Source: Minisyncoccota bacterium (GTDB taxonomy: Bacteria; Patescibacteriota; Minisyncoccia; Phycocordibacterales; Phycocordibacteraceae). From it: a DNA stretch of 59,750 bases. Positions 36,731 to 45,538 of this stretch are shown one piece after another. A model generated the notes under the pieces. It was not told where the DNA came from and did no database searches. It saw nothing but the letters and a program-made list of their open reading frames with translations. How positions within the stretch are numbered: position 1 is the first letter of the stretch; every line of letters begins with the position of its first letter. Position numbers and translations under genes: made by a program. The stretch is taken from contig JALHQL010000007.1 in the NCBI GenBank assembly GCA_022841985.1, positions 1-59,750 on the forward strand. The letters are read 5' to 3'.

Positions 36731-36902
36731 CTCGCTTGGTATGTAATCTTTGCAGACAAAGATTGCTCCCAGCGCTCGCTCAGAAGAATGAAATCGGAAT
36801 TTCTTCTTCATTCGCTCGCTTGGTAGTAAAGAAGCTTTTCTCCCGGCGTTCGCCTCGAACAAATGAATGAAGACATTCATTTGTTACTCAGCTCGCTTGG
36901 TA
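36731..36902 (+). repeat. three copies of CTCGCTTGGTA(GTA) motif interleaved with three stem-loops
   Basis: Motif at 36731-41, 36815-25 and 36892-902. Hairpins at 36745-64 (8 bp), 36783-809 (11 bp with bulge) and 36858-85 (12 bp perfect). Confidence 0.7.
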
Positions 36903-36915
36903 GTAGAATGCACTG

Positions 36916-37842
36916 ATGTACGATGTACTCATTATCGGCGGCGGACCCTCTGGTATTGCCGCAGGTGTCTATGCCGCTCGTAAACAGTTACGAGCTGTTC
37001 TTGTCGCGGAAGAAATCGGTGGTCAATCAAGCGTATCGGAAGGTATCGAGAATTGGATCGGTACAACTAAGATAAGCGGAGCAGACCTTGCGAAAGCATT
37101 TAAGACGCACCTTGATGCCGTCAAAAACGATATTGTAACGCTCGCCACAGGAGAGCGCATCGTATCACTTGCGAAAACCGACGGAGGGACATTCCTCGCA
37201 AAAACAAAAACCGGTAAGGAATTCAGCGCAAAGGCGGTACTTCTCGCGTCAGGTGCTGGACGCCGGAAACTGGATGTTCCAGGCGCACAAAAGTTTGAAA
37301 ACAAAGGCGTTACCTACTGTGCTTCCTGCGATGGTCCCCTCTTTGGCGGAATGGATGTCGCAGTGATCGGCGGCGGCAACGCGGGATTTGAAACGGCGCT
37401 CCAACTCCTTGCCTATGCGAAGTCTGTTACGCTTATTCATCGCCACCAAGAATTTAAGGCTGATCCTGTAACAATCGAGAAAGCGAGTGCGCATCCGAAC
37501 ATGCGGATTATTCGACATGCAGAAACAGTCGCGGTTATGGGCGAACAATTTGTCACCGGATTGAAATACGTGGATAAAAACTCTAACGAGACAAAAGAGC
37601 TCGCCGTCTCTGGACTCTTCGTTGAAGCGGGTGTCATCCCGAACACAGAGTTTGTTGAAGGCCTTGTGGAGCTTGATGCCGTAAAGCGCGTAAAGACCGA
37701 CCCCCGCAATCAGCGCACGAGCGTTGAGGGCGTCTGGGCCGCAGGAGACTGCACCGACGAGCTCTATCATCAGAACAACATTGCTGCTGGCGACGGCGTC
37801 AAAGCGCTAGAGGACATTTACCTCTGGATTAAGAAGCAGTAG
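36916..37842 (+). CDS. trxB: thioredoxin-disulfide reductase
   Basis: YDVLIIGGGPSGIAAG (FAD), CASCDG (redox CxxC), VAVIGGGNAGFE (NADPH), GVWAAGDC. Confidence 0.93.
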   Translation: MYDVLIIGGGPSGIAAGVYAARKQLRAVLVAEEIGGQSSVSEGIENWIGTTKISGADLAKAFKTHLDAVKNDIVTLATGERIVSLAKTDGGTFLAKTKTGKEFSAKAVLLASGAGRRKLDVPGAQKFENKGVTYCASCDGPLFGGMDVAVIGGGNAGFETALQLLAYAKSVTLIHRHQEFKADPVTIEKASAHPNMRIIRHAETVAVMGEQFVTGLKYVDKNSNETKELAVSGLFVEAGVIPNTEFVEGLVELDAVKRVKTDPRNQRTSVEGVWAAGDCTDELYHQNNIAAGDGVKALEDIYLWIKKQ

Positions 37843-37863
37843 ATGCAGAAAATTAGTATAGAA

Positions 37864-37897
37864 AAGCCCCCTTTCCAGATTTCTGGAAAGGGGGCTT
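37864..37897. terminator. bidirectional terminator (trxB / 37905..38699)
   Basis: aagccccctttccaga-tt-tctggaaagggggctt gives a 16-bp stem. Confidence 0.7.
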
Positions 37898-37904
37898 GGT
37901 CTTA

Positions 37905-38699
37905 TTACATCTGCTCCGATAACGGAAGACGCAATTGAGGGGGAACCTTCGGGCCCCAGCATTTTTTGCTGGAATTCCACGGCTTTGTTCCCTCTTTGAT
38001 GTACAGCTTTATGGCAAAACCTATATTCCCATAGATTGAATATGGATTAAAGCCATCCCGCATCGCATCTTCTGCATGAACCAACGTGTTTATTTGAGAA
38101 AAACCAACATCTCCAGGAGTTATCTCCCCCTGAAGAACGTATCCCGTCTTTTCGTTGTAATGTTTCCTCCCTGACTCACAAGCTACGATTTCTTGAATAG
38201 CCAGTGGTGCTTTCTGTAGAAGTCTCCTGGCGAGTTCATTTGCCGCAACTGGATCTGCTACACGATGAACTCGTGCAGGCATTGCGGAGTTTCCAGTCGG
38301 CCTGAATGCCGTTTGATACGCCTTCCAAGCATGAGGGTCTCGCCGGGTATGCTGTGTATACCAATGCCCCACATTCGCTTTTAAAGAAGCAAATATTTCT
38401 CTTTTGGTGGGACGCGGCTGTTGGGGAGGGTTTGGAACGGGAGCAGGAGGAAGGACAGGTTTTATCTCAGCAATACGCTCCGCAGTGATTACAGCTACCC
38501 GATACTTCTCCGACATCTTGCAGAGAGCACGAGCACTCTCTCCAAAACCGTCCCCAGAATTGCAGGGACCGTCGTAGTATGACGGCAGTTTCTTCATGCT
38601 TAGATCATCCTTCGCGTAAGCAAAGGATGGAAATACTTGCCCACCGACGCATGTCAGTGAGATGAATCCCGCGAGAATCATTCTGATGACGGTTGCCAT
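37905..38699 (-). CDS. secreted lysozyme-like / lytic-transglycosylase-like protein
   Basis: Signal MATVIRMILAGFISLTCVGGQVFPSFAYA and a Pro-rich linker. C-terminal IVACESGRKHY...GDVGFSQINTLVH...YGNIGFAIKLY...PW has a catalytic Glu-Ser context resembling SLT/Rpf-type transglycosylases. Confidence 0.55.
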   Translation of the reverse strand: MATVIRMILAGFISLTCVGGQVFPSFAYAKDDLSMKKLPSYYDGPCNSGDGFGESARALCKMSEKYRVAVITAERIAEIKPVLPPAPVPNPPQQPRPTKREIFASLKANVGHWYTQHTRRDPHAWKAYQTAFRPTGNSAMPARVHRVADPVAANELARRLLQKAPLAIQEIVACESGRKHYNEKTGYVLQGEITPGDVGFSQINTLVHAEDAMRDGFNPYSIYGNIGFAIKLYIKEGTKPWNSSKKCWGPKVPPQLRLPLSEQM

Positions 38700-38816
38700 T
38701 ACGTCCTCCGTGGTTTTAATTCAATGCTATGTCTTTGGTGTAAAGACCTTTTTACTGTTATATATAGTATACCATTGAATACAAAATGTCAATACCCCCC
38801 AAACCTGCCAAAAAAC

Positions 38817-38854
38817 GGGGCATATGAGGAAACGATTGTTTCCTCATATGCCCC
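38817..38854 (-). terminator. rho-independent terminator after 38877..39218
   Basis: ggggcatatgaggaaac-gatt-gtttcctcatatgcccc gives a 17-bp perfect stem. It is followed on the minus strand by gtttttt. Confidence 0.75.
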
Positions 38855-38876
38855 GTTCTGTTCAAATCAACGATAC

Positions 38877-39218
38877 TTACACAAACACCGGAGACTTCCT
38901 CCGCGAACGAGAACCGTACCGGGGCTTCGGGATTTCATAATCCTCGGTGTCGTCTACTATCCTTTCTGATATGGGTGTCGCGCGCACCCCCTTCAGATGA
39001 CTTCCCCCGTTTTCCTGAATAATTTTTGCACACTGCCGGCACTGGAATATCTTTGAACCACGATGCTCAAGATCATATACTTGAGTCATCCCGAGTATTT
39101 GCGCTTTGCATTTCGGACAATCTCCGTTTCGCTTGAAATATTCCCACTCCGCATTAAGACGTTGAATGGTCATCCTCAACGCCAACGCAGTTGGACCTAT
39201 TTTTTGAGATTTTGGCAT
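38877..39218 (-). CDS. small zinc-ribbon hypothetical protein
   Basis: 113 aa with CPKC...CRQC. GGAGG RBS (ccaggggaggattatcg ATG). Basic tail. Confidence 0.55.
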   Translation of the reverse strand: MPKSQKIGPTALALRMTIQRLNAEWEYFKRNGDCPKCKAQILGMTQVYDLEHRGSKIFQCRQCAKIIQENGGSHLKGVRATPISERIVDDTEDYEIPKPRYGSRSRRKSPVFV

Positions 39219-39345
39219 CGATAATCCTCCCCTGGTTTGTGAATTAGTGAAAAAATCTATCTGCTTCCATTATACCACATACTGAGCTGGAAGACAACTC
39301 CCCCGATTGCTGGGGATTATATTGTTTTTTTGTTACGATGAGTGC

Positions 39346-39747
39346 GTGAAAACACGTCACAAAACCATCAGCGCCTACAATGCCGGGCAGGCTGCGGCGG
39401 ACAGAGAGATATGCACACTGCTCGCCGCCGAAATCGGATGCACGTTGAAAAACGGAGAAAGCAAGATATGGCACGGCGCATCAGTGTGGTTTTTGGATGG
39501 CAATCCGATTGTAGGTTATAGTAAACAGAAGAAGGGCGTACGCCTCATGTTCTGGAGCGGTGCGGATTTTGGGGAGAACTCTTTAGAGCCAGGAACCGGT
39601 AAATTCAAAGACGCTTCCATTTTCTACAATTTTCCGGAAGAAATACGGGTATCCGCCCTGCGCCGCTGGCTTACAAAAGCGAAAGCAATCCAGTGGGATT
39701 ATAAAAATATCGTTAAGAGAAAAGGTACACTTGTGCGGCTAGGATAG
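39346..39747 (+). CDS. DUF1801 (YdhG-like) domain protein
   Basis: ISAYNAGQAAADREICTLLAAEI...KIWHGASVWFLDGNPIVGYSKQKKGVRLMFWSG. The start is uncertain (GTG 39346 proposed; the ORF track uses TTG 39307). Confidence 0.65.
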   Translation: MKTRHKTISAYNAGQAAADREICTLLAAEIGCTLKNGESKIWHGASVWFLDGNPIVGYSKQKKGVRLMFWSGADFGENSLEPGTGKFKDASIFYNFPEEIRVSALRRWLTKAKAIQWDYKNIVKRKGTLVRLG

Positions 39748-39766
39748 CGTAAACATTAAAATAATT

Positions 39767-40222
39767 ATGCAGAAAATAACACCTTGTTTATGGTTTGAAA
39801 AAGATTTACCTCTCGTCATTGAGTATTACAAAGGTATTTTCAAGGACAATCTAAAAGTTGAGTATCTTGGCAATGTAGAAAATGGTCCTGGTGGAGAATA
39901 CCAATTCGGGACTATTGAACTGTTTGGAACAAAGTATGATCTCTTGGCAGCGGGGCCGACATTTAAATTTACCGAGGCAATTTCTCTTACCATACGCTGT
40001 GAGGATCAAAAAGAGACGGACTACTATTGGAACGCGCTCACGCGAAATGGCGGCGAAGAAAGTGTCTGCGGGTGGTGCAAAGATACCTATGGTTTGAGTT
40101 GGCAAGTTGAACCAAAGCGACTCCGAGAGCTTTCGACAAGTACCGATAAAGAAAAGAGAGACTACGCAATGCAGCAGATGTTTCAAATGAAGAAAATCAT
40201 AATTAAAGATTTAGAGAAGTAG
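39767..40222 (+). CDS. VOC-superfamily protein, PhnB / 3-demethylubiquinone-9 3-methyltransferase-domain type
   Basis: MQKITPCLWFEKD...YYKGIF...FKFTEAISLTIRCEDQKETDYYWNAL..GGEESVCGWCKDTYGLSWQV matches this family end to end. Confidence 0.85.
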   Translation: MQKITPCLWFEKDLPLVIEYYKGIFKDNLKVEYLGNVENGPGGEYQFGTIELFGTKYDLLAAGPTFKFTEAISLTIRCEDQKETDYYWNALTRNGGEESVCGWCKDTYGLSWQVEPKRLRELSTSTDKEKRDYAMQQMFQMKKIIIKDLEK

Positions 40223-40243
40223 TAAATGTAGTATGTTAAGTAC

Positions 40244-40609
40244 ATGCAAATAACTCAAAAAAGTATAGACAGAGTGCGTGCGATGTCTTTTGCCAGAGTG
40301 TATGTATGTTATATACAGAAAGCAGAGAAAAAAGGGCGCACGAAAACAGAGGTTGATGAAATAATTTTTTGGTTAACAGGCTATACTAAAAGAAGTCTGC
40401 AAAAACAAATTGATACTGGAATAGATTTTGAAACTTTTTTTGACGAAGCCCCTAAAATAAATCCCAATGCTTCAAAAATAACAGGGGTCATTTGTGGGGT
40501 TCGTGTTGAAGATATTGAAAATAACATTATGAAAAAAGTCCGCTACCTCGACAAGCTTATTGATGAACTAGCGAAAGGTAAAGCAATGGAAAAAATTTTG
40601 CGGAAGTAA
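40244..40609 (+). CDS. DUF2200 family protein
   Basis: [34 protein letters not shown] is the hallmark DUF2200 segment. Confidence 0.8.
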   Translation: MQITQKSIDRVRAMSFARVYVCYIQKAEKKGRTKTEVDEIIFWLTGYTKRSLQKQIDTGIDFETFFDEAPKINPNASKITGVICGVRVEDIENNIMKKVRYLDKLIDELAKGKAMEKILRK

Positions 40610-40809
40610 ACGGGTTAACTCCGATAATAAATCGTCTTGACAGTGGCGATGCCTGAAAGTTTAAACCGAAATCATGGCTCAAATTCAAGGATATTGATAA
40701 AAGTATACAGAAACTGCGGGCTATCTACAAAGCTCACCCTGAGTGGTTTGAAGTGCCAAAACCAAAATCAGTTAAAAGCAAGAACGAGGTAGATTATTCA
40801 CTCTCCTAA

Positions 40810-41721
40810 CTACTTTGTAACCGCAGCCTGTAGGATTACAGCTGAACCCTTGTGATTTTCAACAATCTTGGAAGCGAAGGTGCCTCCAAGTGTGTGCATC
40901 ATTGCATGATGCACGGATAGTATGTTCTCTTGAAGGGCCTGGTCGTCTTCGAGTCGTTCAACAATTAGACCAATCTCGACGCACTTTGCATACGACAGAT
41001 GGCGACCGTGCGATAAGTTCACAGAATGATCCCCGAGCTCTTTAATGATTTTGTCGATTTTTGCTTTTTTCTTATCAGCATTTACAATCCCAGCAAACAT
41101 TCTGACACCCAGCTTATCCCGAGCAATATCTTCAGCCCACTTTAGTGCTTGCTGACACTCGCCAACAAGAGTTGGTGTATATTTCGCAATGATTGGCTGC
41201 CAGACAAATACTTTTGTTTGATCAGCCTTAATCTCTTCGTGTGCCTTTTTAAATTCTTCCAAAATGCCATGGGCTGCAACCATTCCATAAGAAGTGTTGA
41301 ACTGAGGGTCGATAGGGCCTAGGCTCGAATGCTTGCCCATGAGAATTTTGTTCGATGAACAAGCAATCATCGTGCCTCCAGACATAGCAAGTTGAGGCAC
41401 AACAACGCGTATATCATCGAACATGGTCATTAAGTAGTCGATGATGGATTCCGTAGCAGCAATGTCGCCTCCTGGGGTATGTAGAATGAGATCGAGACCT
41501 TTTGTTCGATCTAAACCTTTAATGGTTGCCATGAAGGCATTCTTGTCCAAATCATTAATACCCAAGTTTGGCGCGCCTTGTTTTTGAAGCCACCCACTGT
41601 AATAGGCGATGACATTTCTTTTTGTGTATGTATGGAGGCGCTTTAAGTACTTGCGACGAATACCGTCAAAATCACCACGACTACTCTGTAACTCATTTAA
41701 GATACCTGTCCAGTCTGCCAT
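40810..41721 (-). CDS. SDH-family (serine dehydrogenase proteinase-type) ClpP/crotonase-fold serine protease
   Basis: LDLILHTPGGDIAATESIIDYL, VVPQLAMSGGTMIACSSNKILMGKHSSLGPIDPQ (nucleophile Ser in the MSGG context). Length ~300 aa. Confidence 0.8.
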   Translation of the reverse strand: MADWTGILNELQSSRGDFDGIRRKYLKRLHTYTKRNVIAYYSGWLQKQGAPNLGINDLDKNAFMATIKGLDRTKGLDLILHTPGGDIAATESIIDYLMTMFDDIRVVVPQLAMSGGTMIACSSNKILMGKHSSLGPIDPQFNTSYGMVAAHGILEEFKKAHEEIKADQTKVFVWQPIIAKYTPTLVGECQQALKWAEDIARDKLGVRMFAGIVNADKKKAKIDKIIKELGDHSVNLSHGRHLSYAKCVEIGLIVERLEDDQALQENILSVHHAMMHTLGGTFASKIVENHKGSAVILQAAVTK

Positions 41722-41915
41722 GTTGATACCTCAATAAGTTTATTATTCGGTTTCGACGATCCTCCAGTAACAATCCATCTATCAGAAACATTCCCTGTTT
41801 CTGGCGCAGGTAAAGGAGTGAAGACTTTCTCGGCAGGCCTAATCTCTTTAAAAATAGTTTCTATTTCCTCCTTAGAAAGCTCCTTTTTAGTTGTTTTTTG
41901 AGGGGTACTTTTCAT
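41697..41915 (-). CDS. small hypothetical protein between nuclease and protease genes
   Basis: 72 aa, hydrophilic. Starts 18 nt after the upstream stop, and its 3' end overlaps the protease start by 25 nt. No family recognised. Confidence 0.45.
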   Translation of the reverse strand: MKSTPQKTTKKELSKEEIETIFKEIRPAEKVFTPLPAPETGNVSDRWIVTGGSSKPNNKLIEVSTWQTGQVS

Positions 41916-41932
41916 AACTAAATTATATCACT

Positions 41933-42661
41933 TTAGACGATTTTCCTCCATCGCTTGAACGCTTTTAAGTCGGCAGAATTTAAGTCAAACCATTCGCCAT
42001 TCATTCGTTTTGCTTCAAAGCGTCTATGCCAATATGCCTCAATCCCGCTAGGATCATCAGTCTTAATTTCGTGGATTAAATCCAAATTTTCAGGCAATTG
42101 AATTTTAAGTTCATTTCCTCTCCGAACCGTATCATTCGTTTTTCCAATCTTGTAATACTTTCCATGCTTGAAAAGATAGACTGCACCAATCGATTTATTG
42201 ATATTTGAGTCATCAAAATTTTCCTTCACGCTTAACTCTTCAAGAATGGGTTCGCATAATTTAACAACATCTTCATAGCCAGTTTTGTCCTTACAGTATT
42301 CAACTATTTTTTCGACGAGCTCCAGTTTTGATCCAAGGTTTGTAAAAACATTTCTAGTCGGAAATTCAGCATCAACATTCTTTTCAAGCGCAAGTTCATC
42401 GTAAGTTGGAAATTTACCTAACTTACGCATAACAATAATTACTTTTTCAAGTATAAATTCTTCTGTGTAAGCACCTTGAAGTTCGTTTGGCATAAATCCA
42501 GCTTCTTTTTGTGCGTCTCCAATTCTTGCCCAATACTTTTTCCATTCGTAAGTTTTTATTCCCGTTTCTTTTGTAAATCTTTCTATACCCAAGGGCTTAC
42601 CACCATTTTCTTTAGCGGTTTTTTGAATTGCATTGATAATGTCTTGTTTGCTAATACTCAT
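41933..42661 (-). CDS. T5orf172/MUG113-type (GIY-YIG superfamily) domain protein with two N-terminal helical repeats
   Basis: C-terminal GAVYLFKHGKYYKIGKTNDTVRRGNELKIQLPENLDLIHEIKTDDPSGIEAYWHRRFEAKRMNGEWFDL is the T5orf172 signature. The N-terminus has repeated GKPLGIERF../GKFPTYDEL.. units. Confidence 0.8.
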   Translation of the reverse strand: MSISKQDIINAIQKTAKENGGKPLGIERFTKETGIKTYEWKKYWARIGDAQKEAGFMPNELQGAYTEEFILEKVIIVMRKLGKFPTYDELALEKNVDAEFPTRNVFTNLGSKLELVEKIVEYCKDKTGYEDVVKLCEPILEELSVKENFDDSNINKSIGAVYLFKHGKYYKIGKTNDTVRRGNELKIQLPENLDLIHEIKTDDPSGIEAYWHRRFEAKRMNGEWFDLNSADLKAFKRWRKIV

Positions 42662-42711
42662 ATCTTTATTTTAACAAAAAACCCTTATTTTACTTCGGTT
42701 CGAACTTGGAC

Positions 42712-42948
42712 ATCTGGCGGTGAGATATTAGACTTTGCTCGAACCCACTTCGCACGCGCGGAGCGCGTGGTGGCTTGAACCCGCCAAGTACGCTCCGATT
42801 GCGCTGGAACGCGCCTCGACCGCGCTCGCGGACTCGCGCGGGCAAACCAAAAAATTTCCTTGCATTTTTCTCGCGTCTCCTCCCCCCACCCCTCCGCCGC
42901 GAAGCGGAAAAAGAAATGGAAAGGAATTTTTTGGTTTTGCTTCGCCGT
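42712..42948 (-). repeat. repeat B, left copy (reverse complement of 46573..46808)
   Basis: Identical by eye except for one extra G at ~42716. GC-rich and contains the long hairpin gcaaaaccaaaaaattcctt...aaggaaattttttggtttgc. Confidence 0.9.
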
Positions 42949-43009
42949 TTCAGTCTCCGAAAAGAGCAATCTTATTTTAACATTTTTGTTTGCTCTTTTC
43001 TCCACCCTC

Positions 43010-43208
43010 ACGGCGACCGAGGCGCTCTGCTATCCGAGTTTTGTGGTAGCTTGAAACTCTGTGCCTTCGACCGCGTTAATGGGTGAATCCTTAAAGTGGA
43101 TTGTGCTAGGCACAAACAAATCTGTATGTGCTTGACCACCCTCCCATTCGCGCACAACAACCCATGCCGTTTTAGGAAAAATTATAAAACGGCATGGGTT
43201 GCTCCCTT
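43010..43208 (+). repeat. element X copy 1 (tRNA-Ser-like pseudo-element plus conserved hairpin module)
   Basis: Starts ACGGCGACCGAGGCGCTCT.... Contains gtgccttcgacc (compare tRNA-Ser gtgctttcgacc, plus-strand view). Ends with the hairpin cccatgccgtttta-ggaaaaatta-taaaacggcatggg (43161-98) followed by ttgctccct. Confidence 0.75.
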
Positions 43209-43263
43209 GCGTGAACTCGTAGACGCTATTGGAACCTGGATTTAACAAAGATATAATGAGTGC

Positions 43264-43830
43264 ATGGACGCAATCTCGTTCATATCTGAGAATAAACATA
43301 TTTTTGTTATTGGTCATGTACTTTTTGTGGTGCTTGGAATGGGTTCTGCTCTTGTGACCGACATTCTTTGCTTGCGCTTTGGATTCAACAAAAAACTATC
43401 CCATTCTGAAGTAAGCACTATTCGCTTTCTCTCACAAGTGGTCACCATCAGCCTTGTGGGTATTGTCGCGAGTGGTGCAACAGTATTTCTCTCTGACCCT
43501 GAACGTTATATGGACTCGGTAAAGTTCCTTACAAAAATGACAATTGTCTTTGTCCTTTGTATAAATGGCTACCTGCTCCACCGCTTTGTGTTTACGCATA
43601 TTGGAGACAAAAATATACTCACGAGCCCACGCACCCGTACGCTTCGAAAAGTTGGTTTTGCGCTAGGTGCCGTTTCTCTTGTGTCATGGGTTTCGGCACT
43701 GAGTCTTGGTGTGTTACTCCACATCTCCGTTTCTTACGATACAGCCATACTGTTTTATCTAGGTATTTTGTTAATTGCGATACTTGTGTCACAGGTAGTC
43801 GAATCGAGTCTGCTCGAACAGAGAAAATAA
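43264..43830 (+). CDS. polytopic membrane protein (5 TM), function unknown
   Basis: 188 aa with five hydrophobic helices. Any CopD-like role is only suggested by the metal-related neighbours. Confidence 0.6.
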   Translation: MDAISFISENKHIFVIGHVLFVVLGMGSALVTDILCLRFGFNKKLSHSEVSTIRFLSQVVTISLVGIVASGATVFLSDPERYMDSVKFLTKMTIVFVLCINGYLLHRFVFTHIGDKNILTSPRTRTLRKVGFALGAVSLVSWVSALSLGVLLHISVSYDTAILFYLGILLIAILVSQVVESSLLEQRK

Positions 43831-43896
43831 GATCTCCATGGTGCTCCTATTTGGAGTTTGTTATAATCAACATTATTATCCTTTTACTAAATTCGT

Positions 43897-44175
43897 ATGA
43901 ACTGCCCAACCTGTAGTATTCCCCTGTCCATTAGCGAGCGTCAGGGAATTGAAATCGATTACTGCCAAAAATGCCGTGGCGTCTGGCTTGATCGCGGAGA
44001 GCTCGACAAGCTTATCGAGCGTGCCGGTTCAACTGGTGTTCCACAACAAGATTCTGGGTACGATGACGATGATGATAAAAAGGGATACGGTCAATCCTCA
44101 AAACCTGGCGGTTTTGGTATGGGGAAAAAACGAGAGCGCGAGAACCCTATCGGAGAGCTTTTTGATTTCTTCTAG
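43897..44175 (+). CDS. zf-TFIIB-type zinc-ribbon protein
   Basis: MNCPTCSIPL...IEIDYCQKCRGVWLDRGELDKLIE is the classic TFIIB-type Zn-ribbon family. Acidic/Gly-rich tail. Confidence 0.75.
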   Translation: MNCPTCSIPLSISERQGIEIDYCQKCRGVWLDRGELDKLIERAGSTGVPQQDSGYDDDDDKKGYGQSSKPGGFGMGKKRERENPIGELFDFF

Positions 44176-44208
44176 GCATTCCCTGTTACTTCCGTTTGAA
44201 CCAGAAAT

Positions 44209-44240
44209 ACCGCCTCGTTGGGCGGTCTTTCTGTATTTCT
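44209..44240 (+). terminator. terminator after the zinc-ribbon gene
   Basis: accgcc-tcgttg-ggcggt followed by ctttctgtatttctt. Confidence 0.5.
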
Positions 44241-44275
44241 TAACTTTCCGCCCTCGGAAGGACTTGGGGCCGCAA

Positions 44276-44367
44276 CCTTGCCACCAGAAACAACTTGCCC
44301 CGTCCTGCGCACACAAGTCCCCGCCGTCTTTAGGAGATATTATAAAATGGCGCAGGTTGTCTCCCTT
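44276..44367 (+). repeat. element X copy 2 (3' half only, degenerate hairpin)
   Basis: ccttgccacc...ctgcgcacacaagtccccgccgtctttaggagatattataaaatggcgcaggttgtctccctt is colinear with the 3' halves of X1 and X3. Confidence 0.65.
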
Positions 44368-44390
44368 CCATATTAAGAAATAGTTACATT

Positions 44391-45254
44391 TTATGGATTG
44401 CAATACCCACAATATTTTGGATCAGCATTCTTACCATATTTCGTGACTTTCTTTTTGTCTGAATGATTACACACATTACATCGATATATGTCATAGAGGG
44501 GCAGGTCGGTTGGTATTTTACAAAGCGAGCATTCAAGTCCTTTTTCAAAATCAATTACCACAAAGCCGGGTGCCTGACATTGAGTACAGAGTGACTCAAT
44601 ATTTTTTATTAAATCCTCCGTTGCCTTTTTAATCGCTTTCATACGCATGGGGTTTTTATGTGCTCGCATGTCGGTTTCAATAAAAATGGACTTGGTAAAA
44701 GGCCATGAAAGCATCTCGGTCACTTTTTCGATGAGTGCATCTTTGGTGTGAATATCCTTATGAATTCCCAGGCGTCCTTTTTCGTTCCTTCTTACAATTA
44801 CACCGTGTTCTGGAAAACCAGTCTTTTGTGCAAAATCTAATGCTTCCCCAACAGTCGCAACACACTGCCCATCCATATTTGTTTCTGAAGTTCTGTGATG
44901 TCCTCGAATTTCATAGCCATTTTTTCTGTCAACAAATAACAACAACTCGAGATTGGACTGGATAAAGGGCATAGATGGATGTGCGCCAAAACTACCCTCA
45001 CTCGATACACCTAAATCGACATTTTCGCTCAACATAACAGCCTCCACTTTTTTTCGTGCCGCTTCTAATTGATTACCAGCTCTTTTAATGTCTCTTGTGA
45101 ATGTCCCAAATTGATCGGAATTAAAGTGTTTTGGGACAATAACTTCTACGCCGAGGTGCTTTTCAAGCAGAGGAGCAATTACAAGCTCTTTTCCGTGCAT
45201 TGTTGCAATGACCAATTTTCGTCCCTTGAATAAATTTTGATTCGGCATGCTCAT
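44391..45254 (-). CDS. conserved hypothetical protein with C-terminal four-CxxC zinc-ribbon pair
   Basis: 287 aa. C-terminus CTQC...CSLC...CNVC...CGYC. Its start lies 2 nt downstream of the XRE gene's stop codon. Family not confidently recognised. Confidence 0.7.
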   Translation of the reverse strand: MSMPNQNLFKGRKLVIATMHGKELVIAPLLEKHLGVEVIVPKHFNSDQFGTFTRDIKRAGNQLEAARKKVEAVMLSENVDLGVSSEGSFGAHPSMPFIQSNLELLLFVDRKNGYEIRGHHRTSETNMDGQCVATVGEALDFAQKTGFPEHGVIVRRNEKGRLGIHKDIHTKDALIEKVTEMLSWPFTKSIFIETDMRAHKNPMRMKAIKKATEDLIKNIESLCTQCQAPGFVVIDFEKGLECSLCKIPTDLPLYDIYRCNVCNHSDKKKVTKYGKNADPKYCGYCNP

Positions 45255-45256
45255 AG

Positions 45257-45469
45257 TTATTTCAAAAGTTCATCGCTCGCAACTCCTAATGCTTGAGCAA
45301 TTTTTTCAATGGTTGCAAGTGTCGGGTTTCCTTTTCCACCCTCAATATTACTCATTTGAGCACGATCAAAACCGAGAGCACGACAAATGTCACCTTGCGA
45401 CATTTTCTTACGCTCTCGTATGTGCTTTATGTTCTTTCCCAGTTTTATTGACGAAGTTTTCATATCCAC
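45257..45469 (-). CDS. XRE-family helix-turn-helix regulator
   Basis: LGKNIKHIRERKKMSQGDICRALGFDRAQMSNIEGGKGNPTLATIEKIAQALGV is the canonical HTH_3 pattern. Confidence 0.85.
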   Translation of the reverse strand: MDMKTSSIKLGKNIKHIRERKKMSQGDICRALGFDRAQMSNIEGGKGNPTLATIEKIAQALGVASDELLK

Positions 45470-45538
45470 AGTTCATAGTATAACAGTTTGTTGTGCTGTA
45501 TATCAATAATGTGATATATTACAATAGGTGTGATGTTG

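Noticed and set aside
35644-36880. Two long minus-strand ORFs (35644-36456 and 36191-36880)
   Set aside because: They are antisense to ftsZ and its downstream spacer. The ftsZ frame is certain, and the antisense translations are Ser/Ala/Pro-rich without motifs.
40640-40800. Open frame ...KFKPKSWLKFKDIDKSIQKLRAIYKAHPEWFEVPKPKSVKSKNEVDYSLS without a start codon
   Set aside because: There is no ATG, GTG or TTG with an RBS, and the frame begins right after a TGA. It is probably a relic 3' end of a disrupted gene. It is too short to classify and is mentioned only as island context.
42775-43086. ORF MNPPSTLRLRWNAPRPRSRTRAGKPKNF..., identical to the ORF at 46516-46746, plus the other paired ORFs in the repeats
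   Set aside because: The identity is simply a consequence of the inverted DNA repeat B. The peptides are Arg/Pro-rich and low complexity, have no start context, and several frames are open at once, which is typical of GC-rich non-coding repeats.
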